Of a DNA stretch of 64,000 nucleotides, positions 1 to 10,710 are shown piece after piece. The stretch is from positions 17,619 to 81,618 of the forward strand of contig WIAL01000039.1 of the NCBI GenBank assembly GCA_015519975.1, written 5' to 3'. Numbering within the stretch: the first letter of the stretch is position 1; each line of letters begins with the position of its first letter. The position numbers were made by a program, and so were the translations under genes. The DNA comes from Hydrogenothermaceae bacterium (GTDB lineage Bacteria; Aquificota; Aquificia; Aquificales; Hydrogenothermaceae). Under the pieces are notes generated by a model. It was not told the DNA's origin and did not search any database. It saw only the letters and a list, made by a program, of their open reading frames with translations.

Positions 1-1
1 T

Positions 2-613
2 AAATCTGAAGGAGAAGAAGATAGGCTTTTCTTGCTCACTAAAAACGGCATAATTAAAAGAATGACCTATGAGGACATATTCTATAAATCTCAAAATCAA
101 CAGATTATCCCTCTTCAGGAAAATGACGAAGTTGTAATGGCTTTTGCAGATGATCATCCGTCTAATATAGCAATTTACACTGCAAAAGGAGATCTTTTAA
201 TATTTGAAAGAAATCAGGTAAGGGTTACAGGAGCTAAAGCAAAAGGTGTTGAAGGAATTGATCTTGATGAAGGAGATTATGTTAAAGGTGGATTTTTAAT
301 AAACAGTGAAGAATACATTCTTACGATAACTAAAAATGGATACTGTAAACTTGTAAGTAAAGAAGAATTTCCTATAAAGAAAAGAGCTCAAAAAGGTTTA
401 ATGGCTGTAAAACTTCAAAAAGATGATGAGCTTAATATTTGCAGCAGTGTAAATATTGATGATGAGGTTATCTTATCAACTTCAGCAGGAAAAATATTTA
501 AATTAAAAATAGATGATAAAAGAATCCCTGTCGCAAAAAGAACAGCAATGGGAGATAAATTACTAAATGAAGAAGCTATATGGCTTACAAAGCCTAAAAT
601 TAAAGGTGAATAA
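2..613 (+). CDS. gyrA: DNA gyrase/topoisomerase IV subunit A C-terminal beta-pinwheel domain (5'-truncated at window edge)
   Basis: Open frame from window start (KSEGEEDRLFLLTKNG...). Repeated blade-like segments with KG/GxG motifs typical of the GyrA/ParC C-terminal domain. No start codon inside the window. Confidence 0.55.
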   Translation, partial: KSEGEEDRLFLLTKNGIIKRMTYEDIFYKSQNQQIIPLQENDEVVMAFADDHPSNIAIYTAKGDLLIFERNQVRVTGAKAKGVEGIDLDEGDYVKGGFLINSEEYILTITKNGYCKLVSKEEFPIKKRAQKGLMAVKLQKDDELNICSSVNIDDEVILSTSAGKIFKLKIDDKRIPVAKRTAMGDKLLNEEAIWLTKPKIKGE

Positions 614-837
614 TGTTTATAGCTGTTGCTTTATATATTTTAACTATTGTTATAGGAATATATGCAGTTTATGTTAATCTGCCTGCATTAGTAAATATAG
701 GAATTCCAGATAACTCTATTGAACTTGGAAGATTTTTAGTCTCACTAATACCTACATTAGTGGGACTTTTTATGATTTATTTTGGCATCTCAAGTTTATA
801 TTCGCTTTTCAAAAAAAATAGAGAGGAAAAATCCTGA
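613..837 (+). CDS. small two-helix membrane protein, hypothetical
   Basis: 74-aa ORF with two hydrophobic helices. ATG overlaps the gyrA stop (TAATG). Confidence 0.4.
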   Translation: MFIAVALYILTIVIGIYAVYVNLPALVNIGIPDNSIELGRFLVSLIPTLVGLFMIYFGISSLYSLFKKNREEKS

Positions 838-1917
838 TTGGAGCTACTTGGAACAGTACTGTTTTTAATAGTAATTTATGTTCTATTCTGGGAATTTTAT
901 CCTTATAAGTTTTTAAGATTAAATAATAAAAATTTAAATCCTTATATTGAGCCTAAACAATCCTTAAATAAATACAAAGTTATTACCCATATACATACCC
1001 AGTTTTCTTTTGATTCTCTTGGAAAGCCTTCTGATATAAAAAAAGCAATGGAAGAAAATAATATAGATTTTGTTTTTGTTACAGACCACAATAATGACAA
1101 CTATAAGTATTTTGAAGATGATAAAGTTTTTGCCGGAATGGAAATAAATACAGATGACGGCAGGCTTTTAAAACTTGGAAATAAAACGCCTGTTATCTCC
1201 CACCCAAATAATTTTGAGTTTGAGCATTACAGATGGAAAGGTGAATTTAAGGAAGGATATTTATATGAGCTGATAGATATAAAGGATATGGTTGTCTGGA
1301 ATAAATTAAAGACAGGATTAAAACTTTTAAAAAACATAATTATTTTTCCTTTTACATTAGACATAATAAGAAAATGGAACGCATTAATACCACTTGAGAA
1401 ATGGGTTGATCTTTATTTTAATAGAGCATCTCATTTAAAAATTATTGGGGGACTAGACCTTCACGTTAAACTTGTTTATCAGGAACATACCCACGGGGTT
1501 TTAATTCCATCTTATAGATCAGGATTTAAATGGCTTGTCAATTATTTAATTACAGATAAAGTTTTAAAAACAAAAGAAGAAGTTTTAAATGAACTTGAAA
1601 AGGGAAGGTCTTTTCTTGTTTTGAATGGAAAGTTTGGAGATGTTTATATTATAAAAGATGAAAAAACATATTTACTTGGAGATAAAGTCCCCAAAGTTTC
1701 AAACTTTTCTGTTAGTTTTTCAGATAGTAAATTGGTTAAAATATTGAAAAAAGATAATAAACCAGTTTTAAAAACTGAAAAAAGTGAGTTTTCTTATACT
1801 TTAGAAGAAAAGGGAAAATACCATTTGGAAGTTTATGAGTATGATTTTAAAATATTTAACCTTTATTTTGGGTTTAGACCTGTAGGAATCACAAACTGGG
1901 TGGAAGTTTATGAGTAG
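838..1917 (+). CDS. PHP-domain (polymerase/histidinol phosphatase-like) metal-dependent phosphoesterase
   Basis: HIHTQFSFDS and VTDHNN motifs typical of PHP. TTG start overlaps the upstream stop. Confidence 0.6.
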   Translation: MELLGTVLFLIVIYVLFWEFYPYKFLRLNNKNLNPYIEPKQSLNKYKVITHIHTQFSFDSLGKPSDIKKAMEENNIDFVFVTDHNNDNYKYFEDDKVFAGMEINTDDGRLLKLGNKTPVISHPNNFEFEHYRWKGEFKEGYLYELIDIKDMVVWNKLKTGLKLLKNIIIFPFTLDIIRKWNALIPLEKWVDLYFNRASHLKIIGGLDLHVKLVYQEHTHGVLIPSYRSGFKWLVNYLITDKVLKTKEEVLNELEKGRSFLVLNGKFGDVYIIKDEKTYLLGDKVPKVSNFSVSFSDSKLVKILKKDNKPVLKTEKSEFSYTLEEKGKYHLEVYEYDFKIFNLYFGFRPVGITNWVEVYE

Positions 1918-2434
1918 AGACTGGCAGTTAAAATTAAAGTGGAATGTGAAAATCTTTAGGGTAATAAACAATAGAAGAAACAAATTTTTAGACAAATTCT
2001 ATAAAAAATTTTTCTGGATGGGGAAAAGCTATTCTCTTATTTTCTTCTTGCCTGTGTTTTATTACTTTGGAAAAACTAAAGCAATTATTGAAGTGGCATT
2101 AGCTTTAATAATAACTGGAATACTTATGCCTGCATTAAAATATACCTTTAGACATAAAAGGCCTGTTACCCTTTTAGAAGATGTTCATCTTCTTGAGCCT
2201 GTAAGCTTAAAAAGCTTTCCATCAGCAGATACGGCATATGCATTTACCTTATTTGGTGTTTCTTTGTTTTTCTTTCCTATTTGGGCTATTGTTTTAATGT
2301 TTATCTATGCAGTTTTAATAGCTTACGGACGAATTTATATGGGTGCGCATTTTCCACTTGATGTTATTGTTGGGGCAGTTTTGGGTTTAATTTCTGCATT
2401 TACTGCACATATTATAATTTTATATTTTCTATAA
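1910..2434 (+). CDS. PAP2-family phosphatase (phosphatidic acid/undecaprenyl-diphosphate phosphatase-like) membrane protein
   Basis: KxxxxxxRP...PSxD...GRIYMGAHFPLDV motif set matching the PAP2 signature. Overlaps the PHP gene stop by 8 nt, suggesting an operon. Confidence 0.65.
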   Translation: MSRDWQLKLKWNVKIFRVINNRRNKFLDKFYKKFFWMGKSYSLIFFLPVFYYFGKTKAIIEVALALIITGILMPALKYTFRHKRPVTLLEDVHLLEPVSLKSFPSADTAYAFTLFGVSLFFFPIWAIVLMFIYAVLIAYGRIYMGAHFPLDVIVGAVLGLISAFTAHIIILYFL

Positions 2435-2446
2435 ACGGAGCTAAGA

Positions 2447-3508
2447 ATGATTTCAAGAATAATACCTATCTGTGAAGAAAAGTACAAAATAGTGTTTGCT
2501 GATCCTTTCAGACAGCCAGTTTATATTGAAAATGAAGATCAGTTAAAACAGCTGGTTGAAAATCTAATAAATGAAGGTCAAAGAGAAACTGCAAAAACAC
2601 TTGTAAACCAGTGGGTTAATCTCCAAAAAAAACATTTTAAAATCAACTATAAAGGTAAATTTCTTAATCTTGGAAATAAAACAGCTGTGATGGGAATATT
2701 AAACCTAACCCCTGATTCTTTTTCTGACGGTGGAATTTACTATAAAGATATTGAAAAAGCAGTTGAAAGAGTTTCTCAAATGCTTGATGAAGGGGCTGAT
2801 ATTATTGATATAGGTGGAGAATCTACAAGGCCTGGAGCAAAACCTGTAGAAGTAGAAGAAGAGCTTGAAAGGGTAATACCGGTTATTCAAGCAGTCAGAA
2901 AACAGCTTGGAAACAACTTTTTAATCTCAATAGATACATACAAATCGAAGGTAGCTGAAGCGGCTTTAAAAGAAGGGGCTGATATTGTAAATGATATTAG
3001 CGGAATGAGTTTTGATATAAATATGGCAAATGTGATTGCAAAATATGACTGCCCTGTTATTGTTAATCACACAAAAGGCCGCCCAGAAAATATGCAAAAA
3101 GATGTTTATTACGATGATGTAATTACGGAAATTTATCAGTTTTTAGACCAGCAGATAAATTTTGGAATAAAAAAGGGTATAAGAAAAGATAGATTTATAA
3201 TAGACCCTGGGATAGGATTTGGAAAAAAAGTAGAACATAATGTTGAAATCATTAAAAGACTTCAAGAACTCAAGATCTTAGGTTTTCCTATTTTAGTTGG
3301 AATATCAAGAAAATCATTTATTGGAGTTATACTTAAAAACCTCTTAGGAAAAGGGGAATATTTGCCGAAGGATAGATTATATGGGACTTTAGGGGCAACT
3401 GCATTAGCTGTTTTAAATAGAGCTCATATTGTTAGAACTCATGATGTAAAAGAAACTGTAGAGTTTTTAACTCTTCTTGACACAATAAGAGGGTACAGGA
3501 TTGTTTGA
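2447..3508 (+). CDS. folP: dihydropteroate synthase with ~80-aa N-terminal extension
   Basis: GILNLTPDSFSDGG and DIIDIGGESTRPGA DHPS signatures. The canonical DHPS core begins near residue 80. Confidence 0.85.
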   Translation: MISRIIPICEEKYKIVFADPFRQPVYIENEDQLKQLVENLINEGQRETAKTLVNQWVNLQKKHFKINYKGKFLNLGNKTAVMGILNLTPDSFSDGGIYYKDIEKAVERVSQMLDEGADIIDIGGESTRPGAKPVEVEEELERVIPVIQAVRKQLGNNFLISIDTYKSKVAEAALKEGADIVNDISGMSFDINMANVIAKYDCPVIVNHTKGRPENMQKDVYYDDVITEIYQFLDQQINFGIKKGIRKDRFIIDPGIGFGKKVEHNVEIIKRLQELKILGFPILVGISRKSFIGVILKNLLGKGEYLPKDRLYGTLGATALAVLNRAHIVRTHDVKETVEFLTLLDTIRGYRIV

Positions 3509-4310
3509 TATTTTAGGAATAATAAAAAATATAACGTGGGTAGATATAGTTGATATACTTCTTGTAGCAACAATTATATACTATCTTCTCAAATTTCTAA
3601 TCGGCACAAGAGGATGGCAAATACTACTGGGACTTTTCTCTCTTTTAGTTATATGGATTTTCGCAAAAGTATTTAATTTAACTACTTTATCGTGGATATT
3701 TGATAATATCTGGGCTATCGGAATTTTTCTGGTTGTGGTTATCTTTCAGCCAGAACTTAGAAGGGCTCTTGCAAAAATCGGTGAAGGAGGAATATTTTCA
3801 TCCCTTTTTTTATCAAAGAAAAAAGTTATAGATGAGGTTATTAGAGCAGCGACTTTTTTAGCTGAAAGAAAAATAGGAGCATTAATAGTATTTGAAAGAA
3901 ATATAGACCTTGAAAATTACGTTGAAGGATGTGTAAAAATAAATGCCGATGTAAACTTAGAACTTATAATAACAATATTTATTCCACAAACACCTCTACA
4001 TGACGGCGCAATAATAATAAAAGAGCAAAAAATTGCATCTGCAAGATGTTTTTTACCTTTGACAATTAATCCATATATTGATAAAAATATAGGTACTAGA
4101 CACAGGGCAGCTATTGGAATATCGGAAGAAACAGATGCCGTAGCTCTCGTTGTATCCGAAGAAAGAGGAGAAATTTCCCTTGCAGTAGGCGGTAAGCTAC
4201 ACAGAAACTTAGATGCACTTGAACTTAGAGATTTACTTTCTGAATATTTAGGTCTTTATAATAAAAACTTTAGTATTTTGGAAAAACAAATATTTAAAAA
4301 AGGAAAGTAA
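3501..4310 (+). CDS. cdaA: diadenylate cyclase CdaA (DAC domain) with N-terminal TM helices
   Basis: TPLHDGAIIIKEQKIASARCFLPLT and RHRAAIGISEETDAVALVVSEERGEISLA match the DisA_N/DAC domain. TTG start overlaps the folP stop. Confidence 0.85.
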   Translation: MFDILGIIKNITWVDIVDILLVATIIYYLLKFLIGTRGWQILLGLFSLLVIWIFAKVFNLTTLSWIFDNIWAIGIFLVVVIFQPELRRALAKIGEGGIFSSLFLSKKKVIDEVIRAATFLAERKIGALIVFERNIDLENYVEGCVKINADVNLELIITIFIPQTPLHDGAIIIKEQKIASARCFLPLTINPYIDKNIGTRHRAAIGISEETDAVALVVSEERGEISLAVGGKLHRNLDALELRDLLSEYLGLYNKNFSILEKQIFKKGK

Positions 4311-4694
4311 ATGCTGGAAAAAGTAAAGGGTATAGTTTTTAATAACCTTCATTTGAAAATACTATCACTTTTTATTGCGTTTTTACTCTGGCTAAATATA
4401 AATGAATCTCAAAAAACAACTGTAGAGTTTGTAAGTTATCTTGATATAAGAAACATACCAAAAGGTTATGAAATAAAAAGTATTTATCCTGAAAAAGTCA
4501 TCATAACTATAGAGGGTTCTCGTTTAAAAATGAAGAAATTAGATACTTCAAAGATACAGGCTTATGTAGACGCATTTAATTTAAAAGAAGGAGAAAATAC
4601 CCTTCCTGTGAAGGTAGAAGGAAAACTTCACGGGTTTAAAATAATTTCAATAAGACCTGATAAAGTAATTATTTATGCAGATAAAATACATTAA
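4311..4694 (+). CDS. YbbR-like domain protein (CdaR-type regulator of CdaA)
   Basis: N-terminal TM helix followed by a single YbbR-like repeat. Sits immediately downstream of cdaA as in cdaA-cdaR operons. Confidence 0.55.
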   Translation: MLEKVKGIVFNNLHLKILSLFIAFLLWLNINESQKTTVEFVSYLDIRNIPKGYEIKSIYPEKVIITIEGSRLKMKKLDTSKIQAYVDAFNLKEGENTLPVKVEGKLHGFKIISIRPDKVIIYADKIH

Positions 4695-5089
4695 CCTTCA
4701 ATGATTTTTATAATTACTTTTCTATCCCTTGGCCCATCAAACTCTGCGAAAAATATTCCCTGCCAAGTTCCAAGCATAAGTTTTCCATCTTTAATTGGTA
4801 CAAATGTATTTGTTCCTACAAGTATTGATTTAATATGTGCTGCTGCATTTCCTTCTATATGTTTGTAATTATTTTCCCATGGAACAAGTTTTTCTAAAGT
4901 TTGCTCTACGTCCCATTTTACATCAGGATCTGCATTTTCATTTATGAATACTCCTGCAGTAGTATGAGGCACATACATATAGCAGATTCCTTCTTTTACG
5001 TTACTTTCATCAATAATCTTTTGAACTTCCTCAGTTATATCTTCAAAATGAGTTCTTTTTTGAGTAATTATCTCTAAATATCTAAGCAT
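4691..5089 (-). CDS. YjbQ/UPF0047 family secondary thiamine-phosphate synthase-like protein
   Basis: [20 protein letters not shown]...[15 protein letters not shown] matches the YjbQ family. Confidence 0.75.
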   Translation of the reverse strand: MLRYLEIITQKRTHFEDITEEVQKIIDESNVKEGICYMYVPHTTAGVFINENADPDVKWDVEQTLEKLVPWENNYKHIEGNAAAHIKSILVGTNTFVPIKDGKLMLGTWQGIFFAEFDGPRDRKVIIKIIEG

Positions 5090-5743
5090 TTAAAAATCCT
5101 CCAAAGATGGATTTATAGGAAGGCTCCCATATTTTGCCCCTTCAACTATAACATTTCTTCCTTTAATTTTTAATCTTTTATCACAAAACCATTTTACAGC
5201 CTGTGGATATATTTTGTGTTCTATTTCCAGTATTCTTTGTGAAAGAGTTTCTTCAGTATCGTCAGGAAGTATAGGTACTGCTCCCTGAATTATTATTGGG
5301 CCATTGTCAAGTTCTTTAGTAACAAAATGTACTGTAGCACCTGTTATTTTTGCACCGTACTCAAGTGCCTGCTTTTGTGCCTTTATACCTTGAAATGCAG
5401 GGATAAGAGAAGGATGAATGTTTACAAGTTTTCCTTCAAAAGTATCTATGAATTCATCAGAAAGTATTCTCATATAGCCTGCTAGTATGACAAGATCAGG
5501 ATTTTCTTTTTTTATTATTTCTGCAATGTATATGTCGTATCCTCTTCTTGTTTCAAAAAAAGAAGGATCATAAAATTTAGCCTTTATCTCTTTATTTTTA
5601 GCAATTTCTAAGGCTCTGGCGTTTTTTTTATCAGATAAAACGAGTTTTATCTCTGCGTTAATTTTACCTTCTTCAATTGCTTTAATAATAGCTTCTAAGT
5701 TACTACCTCTACCTGAGGCAAGGACAACTAAATTACAGCCCAT
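5090..5743 (-). CDS. purN: phosphoribosylglycinamide formyltransferase
   Basis: LASGRGSNLEAII, NIHPSLIPAFQG and HFVTKELDNGPII motifs. Confidence 0.85.
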   Translation of the reverse strand: MGCNLVVLASGRGSNLEAIIKAIEEGKINAEIKLVLSDKKNARALEIAKNKEIKAKFYDPSFFETRRGYDIYIAEIIKKENPDLVILAGYMRILSDEFIDTFEGKLVNIHPSLIPAFQGIKAQKQALEYGAKITGATVHFVTKELDNGPIIIQGAVPILPDDTEETLSQRILEIEHKIYPQAVKWFCDKRLKIKGRNVIVEGAKYGSLPINPSLEDF

Positions 5744-5752
5744 TTACTCTCC

Positions 5753-6289
5753 TTATCTTGCTTTTCTAATGTTATAAGTTGCAAAATATCCTAAAGATAA
5801 ATAATCAATCTCTTCTACTACATCTTCAGGAAGATTTTTTACTATAGATTCTTCTGTATATTTTATCAAATAAGGAGGTGCCATATGAGGCAAAAATTTC
5901 CCTTTTTTTGCAAATAATCTTTCTTCAACATAATCTATTTTTTCTTTTAAATATAAAAGCTTTCCTCCATCAATGTTTTCAACATCAAAATTAAGAATAT
6001 AAACAAAAATTAATGAACTTTTCTTTTCATAATTTAAAAATTCAAATGTTTTTTCCTTTTCCCAAAAAACTGATAAAGTGGCAAATCTTCTTTTTTCCTG
6101 TTTTCTTTCTTCAAAAGTGCTGAAAGTAAATGAATAAATAATTCCATCTTTTTTGATTTTGTATCCAATGTCATACTCAGAGGACTCTTCAAATCCCCAT
6201 GTATTTAAAAGGAAACCATCTTTAAGTATGCTTTTTTCAATTTCATCAAAATCTTCTATTTTCTCTCTGGATATATCATAGTAAATCAT
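5753..6289 (-). CDS. hypothetical protein
   Basis: 178-aa ORF with no recognised motifs. Confidence 0.4.
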   Translation of the reverse strand: MIYYDISREKIEDFDEIEKSILKDGFLLNTWGFEESSEYDIGYKIKKDGIIYSFTFSTFEERKQEKRRFATLSVFWEKEKTFEFLNYEKKSSLIFVYILNFDVENIDGGKLLYLKEKIDYVEERLFAKKGKFLPHMAPPYLIKYTEESIVKNLPEDVVEEIDYLSLGYFATYNIRKAR

Positions 6290-6321
6290 TTTTAAATCCT
6301 CAAAGTTACCTTTATATATAA

Positions 6322-6792
6322 TTATGTAACCAATTTTTTCATTAAAATAGCATTTTTATCATCTTTGTAATATTTACTTCTAATTCCGTATTCTGTAAAT
6401 CCAAAGGATCTATAAAGATTTATGGCTCTAATATTGTTTTCTGCAACTTCTAAAAATATGTATTTTACTCGAAGATTTTTCATATCTTTAAGATATTCAT
6501 TTAAAATGAATTTCCCTATACCTTTACCTTGAAATTGTTTTTTAACAGCTACCATTAAAATCTCTGCCTCATCCAGTATAACTTTGCTGTCCAAAAAGCC
6601 TATAACTTTGTTCTCCAGCAAGTAAACTTTTTTATAAGAGTAAGGGGTTATTTTGTTTATATTTTTTGATGACCATGGGAATTTAAAATTTTCGTTGATT
6701 AATTCTTTTACTTGATTAAGGTATTGGGAGTCATAATCCTGCACTAAAATTGAATTAAAATAGATTTTATTAGTTTCTTTTTTTTCTCCCAT
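6322..6792 (-). CDS. rimI: GNAT family N-acetyltransferase (RimI-like)
   Basis: QFQGKGIGKFIL acetyl-CoA binding motif. Size fits RimI. Confidence 0.6.
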   Translation of the reverse strand: MGEKKETNKIYFNSILVQDYDSQYLNQVKELINENFKFPWSSKNINKITPYSYKKVYLLENKVIGFLDSKVILDEAEILMVAVKKQFQGKGIGKFILNEYLKDMKNLRVKYIFLEVAENNIRAINLYRSFGFTEYGIRSKYYKDDKNAILMKKLVT

Positions 6793-7679
6793 GAGAGTTT
6801 CCTAAAAATTTCTACTTTTATACTGTTATAGTTTTCAAATGTGTAAAAATCTAATTCTTTCTTTTTATTATACTCCATACCGTATTTTTCTGTAATTATA
6901 GTTTGAAGTTTTTCTTTCTCTTTTCCATTTTCATATGTTGTAACAACTACATAAAATTTAGGTTTACCGTTGTCAGCTGTTGGCAAGTTATGGGGTATTC
7001 CTTTGTTTAAAAGGATTACTTTTACTAAATTATCTTCTTTTACTGCTTTTACTTCTATATCATTTTCTTTAGCAATGCCTGTTATAAATTTATGATTGTA
7101 AATTTCTTTTGGAAAGTGTAGATATGTAAATGGAAATTTTTGAATTAAAGAGCCTTTTTTTACAGGCTGCATATGACAGCTCTGACATGTTTTACTAACA
7201 CTTGCTTTTTTCCACTGTTTATATGTTTGCTGGTGACAGGACGAACATACAATAGATTTTCTAAAATTTTTATCCTCTTTTGATGGATGAGGAGGCGAAA
7301 AAGAGTCATACGGACCGTGCATTGACATGTCTTTTGAAGAAAAATGACAGGACACACAGTTTACGCCGTCCTTTTTATGTTTTTCTCTAAGCTGGGGTTT
7401 TTCATTTAGACTCATTTCGAGTGGTGCATGGCAGGACAGGCATTTTGTTTTTGAATAGTTTCTGGTAGCTTTTTTGTACCCTTCACTTACCCATGCAACT
7501 GAATGTCTTGACTGTTTCCACTGATTGTAAATATCTAAATGGCAGTCTGCACATCTTTTTGCCGGTGGATGTTCAAGCAGATCTTCTTCTCTGAAAACAG
7601 TCCATATTTTGCTGTTTGAATCACAGCCGTAAATTAAAAAGAAAAAAGCCAATAAAGGGCTAATCTTTTTTATCAACAT
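6744..7679 (-). CDS. pentaheme c-type cytochrome, probable lipoprotein
   Basis: Five CxxCH motifs (CADCH, CLSCH, CVSCH, CSSCH, CQSCH). Lipoprotein-like signal [19 protein letters not shown]. Start chosen at the internal ATG; the ORF track extends to 7727. Confidence 0.7.
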   Translation of the reverse strand: MLIKKISPLLAFFFLIYGCDSNSKIWTVFREEDLLEHPPAKRCADCHLDIYNQWKQSRHSVAWVSEGYKKATRNYSKTKCLSCHAPLEMSLNEKPQLREKHKKDGVNCVSCHFSSKDMSMHGPYDSFSPPHPSKEDKNFRKSIVCSSCHQQTYKQWKKASVSKTCQSCHMQPVKKGSLIQKFPFTYLHFPKEIYNHKFITGIAKENDIEVKAVKEDNLVKVILLNKGIPHNLPTADNGKPKFYVVVTTYENGKEKEKLQTIITEKYGMEYNKKKELDFYTFENYNSIKVEIFRKLSWEKKKKLIKSILIQF

Positions 7680-8886
7680 GATAAAAATGTCCCAGTTTAT
7701 CCCTCTTTGTAAAAATGTATTTTTCATTAAAAGGATTTGGCTCTATTTGAATAGGAACTCTTTCAACTATCTCAAGGTCAAAACCGTCTAACGCTACTAT
7801 TTTTCTTGGGTTATTGGTCATAAGTTTCATTTTCCTAACGCCAAGGTCTAAAAGTATCTGTGCTCCTGTTCCAAAATCTCTAAGGTCTGTATTAAATCCA
7901 AGTTTATGATTTGCCTCTACAGTATCGTATCCTTTTTCCTGCAAGTTATAAGCTTTTATTTTATTTATAATACCTATTCCTCTTCCTTCGTGTCCTCTCA
8001 TATAAACAAGTACACCTTTTCCTTCCCTTGCTATCATTTCAAGGGCTTTGTGTAGCTGAGACTGGCAGTCGCATCTTAATGATCCAAAAACATCTCCTGT
8101 TAAACATTCTGAATGAACTCTTACAAGTACAGGTTCATCTTCTTTAATTTCTCCCATCACAAGTGCCACATGTTCACTTCCATCAAGTTTATTTCTATAG
8201 CCGTATATTTTGAAAGTTCCAAATTTTGTCGGAAGATGTGCTTCTGCAAGTCTTTCTACTAATTTTTCTTTTTTTAACCTGTAATGTACTAAATCTGCAA
8301 TGGTTATTATTTTTAGGTTATGTTTTTTAGCAAATTCTATTAAATCTGGAAGCCTTGCCATTGTTCCATCTTCTTTCATTATTTCACATATAACACCAGC
8401 CGGATATAATCCTGCCAGTTTTGCAAGGTCAACTGATGCTTCTGTATGACCTGTTCTTTCTAAAACACCTCCCGGCTTTGCCATTAAAGGAAAAACGTGT
8501 CCCGGTCTTACAAAATCCTGAGGTTTTGCATCAGGACTTACGGCATGTTTTATTGTTATAGCTCTGTCGTGAGCAGATATTCCTGTTGTTGTTCCAAATT
8601 TTGGATGAGCATCTATTGATATACAAAAAGCTGTTCCTTTAGGGTCTGTATTTTCATTGGTCATAAGTGGAATATTAAGCTCTTCACATCTTTCTGGTAG
8701 TAAAGACAAGCAAATTAAACCTCTTCCTTCTTTAGCCATAAAGTTTATAGCCTCAGGCGTTACTTTTTCAGCAGCCATAACAAGATCACCTTCATTTTCT
8801 CTATCTGGATCATCTATAACTATTACCATTTTTCCATTTCTTATATCTTCTATAGCTTCTTCAATACTGCTGAATTTAAATTCCAT
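7660..8886 (-). CDS. ribBA: bifunctional 3,4-dihydroxy-2-butanone-4-phosphate synthase / GTP cyclohydrolase II
   Basis: N-terminal DHBP synthase half (RENEGDLV). C-terminal GTP cyclohydrolase II half with the CDCQSQL zinc site. Confidence 0.9.
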   Translation of the reverse strand: MEFKFSSIEEAIEDIRNGKMVIVIDDPDRENEGDLVMAAEKVTPEAINFMAKEGRGLICLSLLPERCEELNIPLMTNENTDPKGTAFCISIDAHPKFGTTTGISAHDRAITIKHAVSPDAKPQDFVRPGHVFPLMAKPGGVLERTGHTEASVDLAKLAGLYPAGVICEIMKEDGTMARLPDLIEFAKKHNLKIITIADLVHYRLKKEKLVERLAEAHLPTKFGTFKIYGYRNKLDGSEHVALVMGEIKEDEPVLVRVHSECLTGDVFGSLRCDCQSQLHKALEMIAREGKGVLVYMRGHEGRGIGIINKIKAYNLQEKGYDTVEANHKLGFNTDLRDFGTGAQILLDLGVRKMKLMTNNPRKIVALDGFDLEIVERVPIQIEPNPFNEKYIFTKRDKLGHFYHVDKKD

Positions 8887-9004
8887 TTTCTACCTCAATA
8901 TTTTTATTAGTTAAATTAAAATATATTCAAATTAAAATCTACGACCACATTTATAACTGCTAAAATATTATTTAGTTTACAAAATATACACAAGCAAGGC
9001 AAAA

Positions 9005-9688
9005 ATGAATGAAATTAAATTTATACTGATTCCATTAATAAGTGCATTTATAGGTTATTTTACTAATTATTTGGCAATAAAAATGCTTTTTAGACCCTTT
9101 AAAGAAAAAAGAATTTTTGGAATAAAAATCCCTTTCACTCCAGGCTTAATTCCAAGAGAAAGAGAAAAAATAGCCCATAATATAGCAAAAACAGTAAAAG
9201 AGCATCTACTTCCAGAAGAAAAAATACTTAAAATGTTGAATGAAAGTGGTTATCAAGAAAGAGTAAAAAATAGAGTAAAAATTATAATAGACCAGCTTAT
9301 AGATTCTGCCTCAGAAGATATAAAAGAAATTATAAAATCTGGAATATCTATCGGAAAAGTTAATATAAAAGGCTTTTTCTTAGCATCTGCACTTGAAAAG
9401 GCTGTTGACAAAATTAATGAAAAGATAAAGGAAAAATTGAAAAAAGATCTTTATGAAAAAACATCTGATAAAGTAGTAAAACATATAGAAGAGGAACTTC
9501 CAATAATGCTTTCTCAAATTGATATCGAAAAAATAGTTAAAGATACATTTTTAGAGATAGAAATAGAGAAATTAGAAGAAATAATCTTAGGTTTTTCAAG
9601 CCAGCAGCTAAAATATATAACATATCTTGGAGCAGTTATTGGATTTATTATAGGTATTTTGCAGGATATATTTATTATTATTTTTTAA
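9005..9688 (+). CDS. DUF445 (YheB-like) membrane protein
   Basis: FIGYFTNYLAIKMLFRPF...GLIPRERE matches the DUF445 N-terminal signature. Confidence 0.55.
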   Translation: MNEIKFILIPLISAFIGYFTNYLAIKMLFRPFKEKRIFGIKIPFTPGLIPREREKIAHNIAKTVKEHLLPEEKILKMLNESGYQERVKNRVKIIIDQLIDSASEDIKEIIKSGISIGKVNIKGFFLASALEKAVDKINEKIKEKLKKDLYEKTSDKVVKHIEEELPIMLSQIDIEKIVKDTFLEIEIEKLEEIILGFSSQQLKYITYLGAVIGFIIGILQDIFIIIF

Positions 9689-10704
9689 TCTTTTTTATAG
9701 AACCAAAATGTTATTAATCCAAGTAGAACTAAGATCAACATAAAGTAAACTGCAGGAGATATATTCCCTTTTTCTATAAGCTTAACTAAATAATAATTAA
9801 TAGAAATATAAACAATTAGAAATCCAAGTGCCGCAGCAAGTATAAAATCTCTATCTTTGCTAACATTAAGACCTAAGAAGAAAAAGGCTATAGGGATAAA
9901 TAAAAACGGTAAAACATATGAAATTCTTTCTGAAATAACTGCAATTGCTTTTAATTTTTCTTTATTATTAGATGATACTGCAATACTTAACAAATTCTCT
10001 AATTTAAAATCTTCTATAGAATAGTTTTTTTCATATTCTATATTTAAATCAAAAATATATTTTTCGTATGATAATGCGTTGAACCCATGCTTAGAAGGAA
10101 CTTGTAGTATGCCGTTATGCAAAATAAGATTAGTATTTTTAAATAAAGCTTCTTTGGCAGTTATTAAAAAGCCGTTTTTTTGATTGTAAATAACTATGTT
10201 TTTCATTTTTTCATTATCTTTTTCTGCAATATAAACAGTGTAATTTCCAGGTAAAGTAGTAAAATTACCAGGTTGTATAGATTCTAAAAAATATTTTTTT
10301 ACATTTACAGTGATAAATTTTACTCTTTCTCTATTTGCTTTTGGAACTATATAAAGACTTATAAAAATAGCCAAAATAGAGGCAAAAATATTCAAAACGA
10401 TAATAAATTTTAAAAAATGATTTTTTGAAATTCCTGCAGAATATATTGCATAAATTTCCTTGTTGTCTCGCAAATAATATCCTAAAAATAAAAAAGATAG
10501 CGTGTAAGCAAACAAAAACTGTAGTTTCAAAAAGGATATGTTTATCAGCAGTATAGATTGGAAAAATCTAAATAAGTTTAAATGATAAAGAACAGAAGGC
10601 AAATTTAACATTTGAGAGGAAATGATTAAAAGGGAGATAATACCTAAAAAAATAAAAAAGTTATATAAAAATCTTTTTGTTAAATATTTATAAAATAGCT
10701 TCAT
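9685..10704 (-). CDS. LptF/LptG family LPS export permease (YjgP/YjgQ)
   Basis: Permease topology: three N-terminal TM helices, a periplasmic beta-jellyroll region, then C-terminal TM helices. MKLFYKYLTKRF start is typical. Confidence 0.7.
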   Translation of the reverse strand: MKLFYKYLTKRFLYNFFIFLGIISLLIISSQMLNLPSVLYHLNLFRFFQSILLINISFLKLQFLFAYTLSFLFLGYYLRDNKEIYAIYSAGISKNHFLKFIIVLNIFASILAIFISLYIVPKANRERVKFITVNVKKYFLESIQPGNFTTLPGNYTVYIAEKDNEKMKNIVIYNQKNGFLITAKEALFKNTNLILHNGILQVPSKHGFNALSYEKYIFDLNIEYEKNYSIEDFKLENLLSIAVSSNNKEKLKAIAVISERISYVLPFLFIPIAFFFLGLNVSKDRDFILAAALGFLIVYISINYYLVKLIEKGNISPAVYFMLILVLLGLITFWFYKKD

Positions 10705-10710
10705 AAAACA

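Noticed and set aside
8887-9004. Looked for an FMN riboswitch (RFN element) in the ribBA 5' region.
   Set aside because: The upstream region is only 118 nt and extremely AT-rich. No GC-rich RFN core helices are visible.
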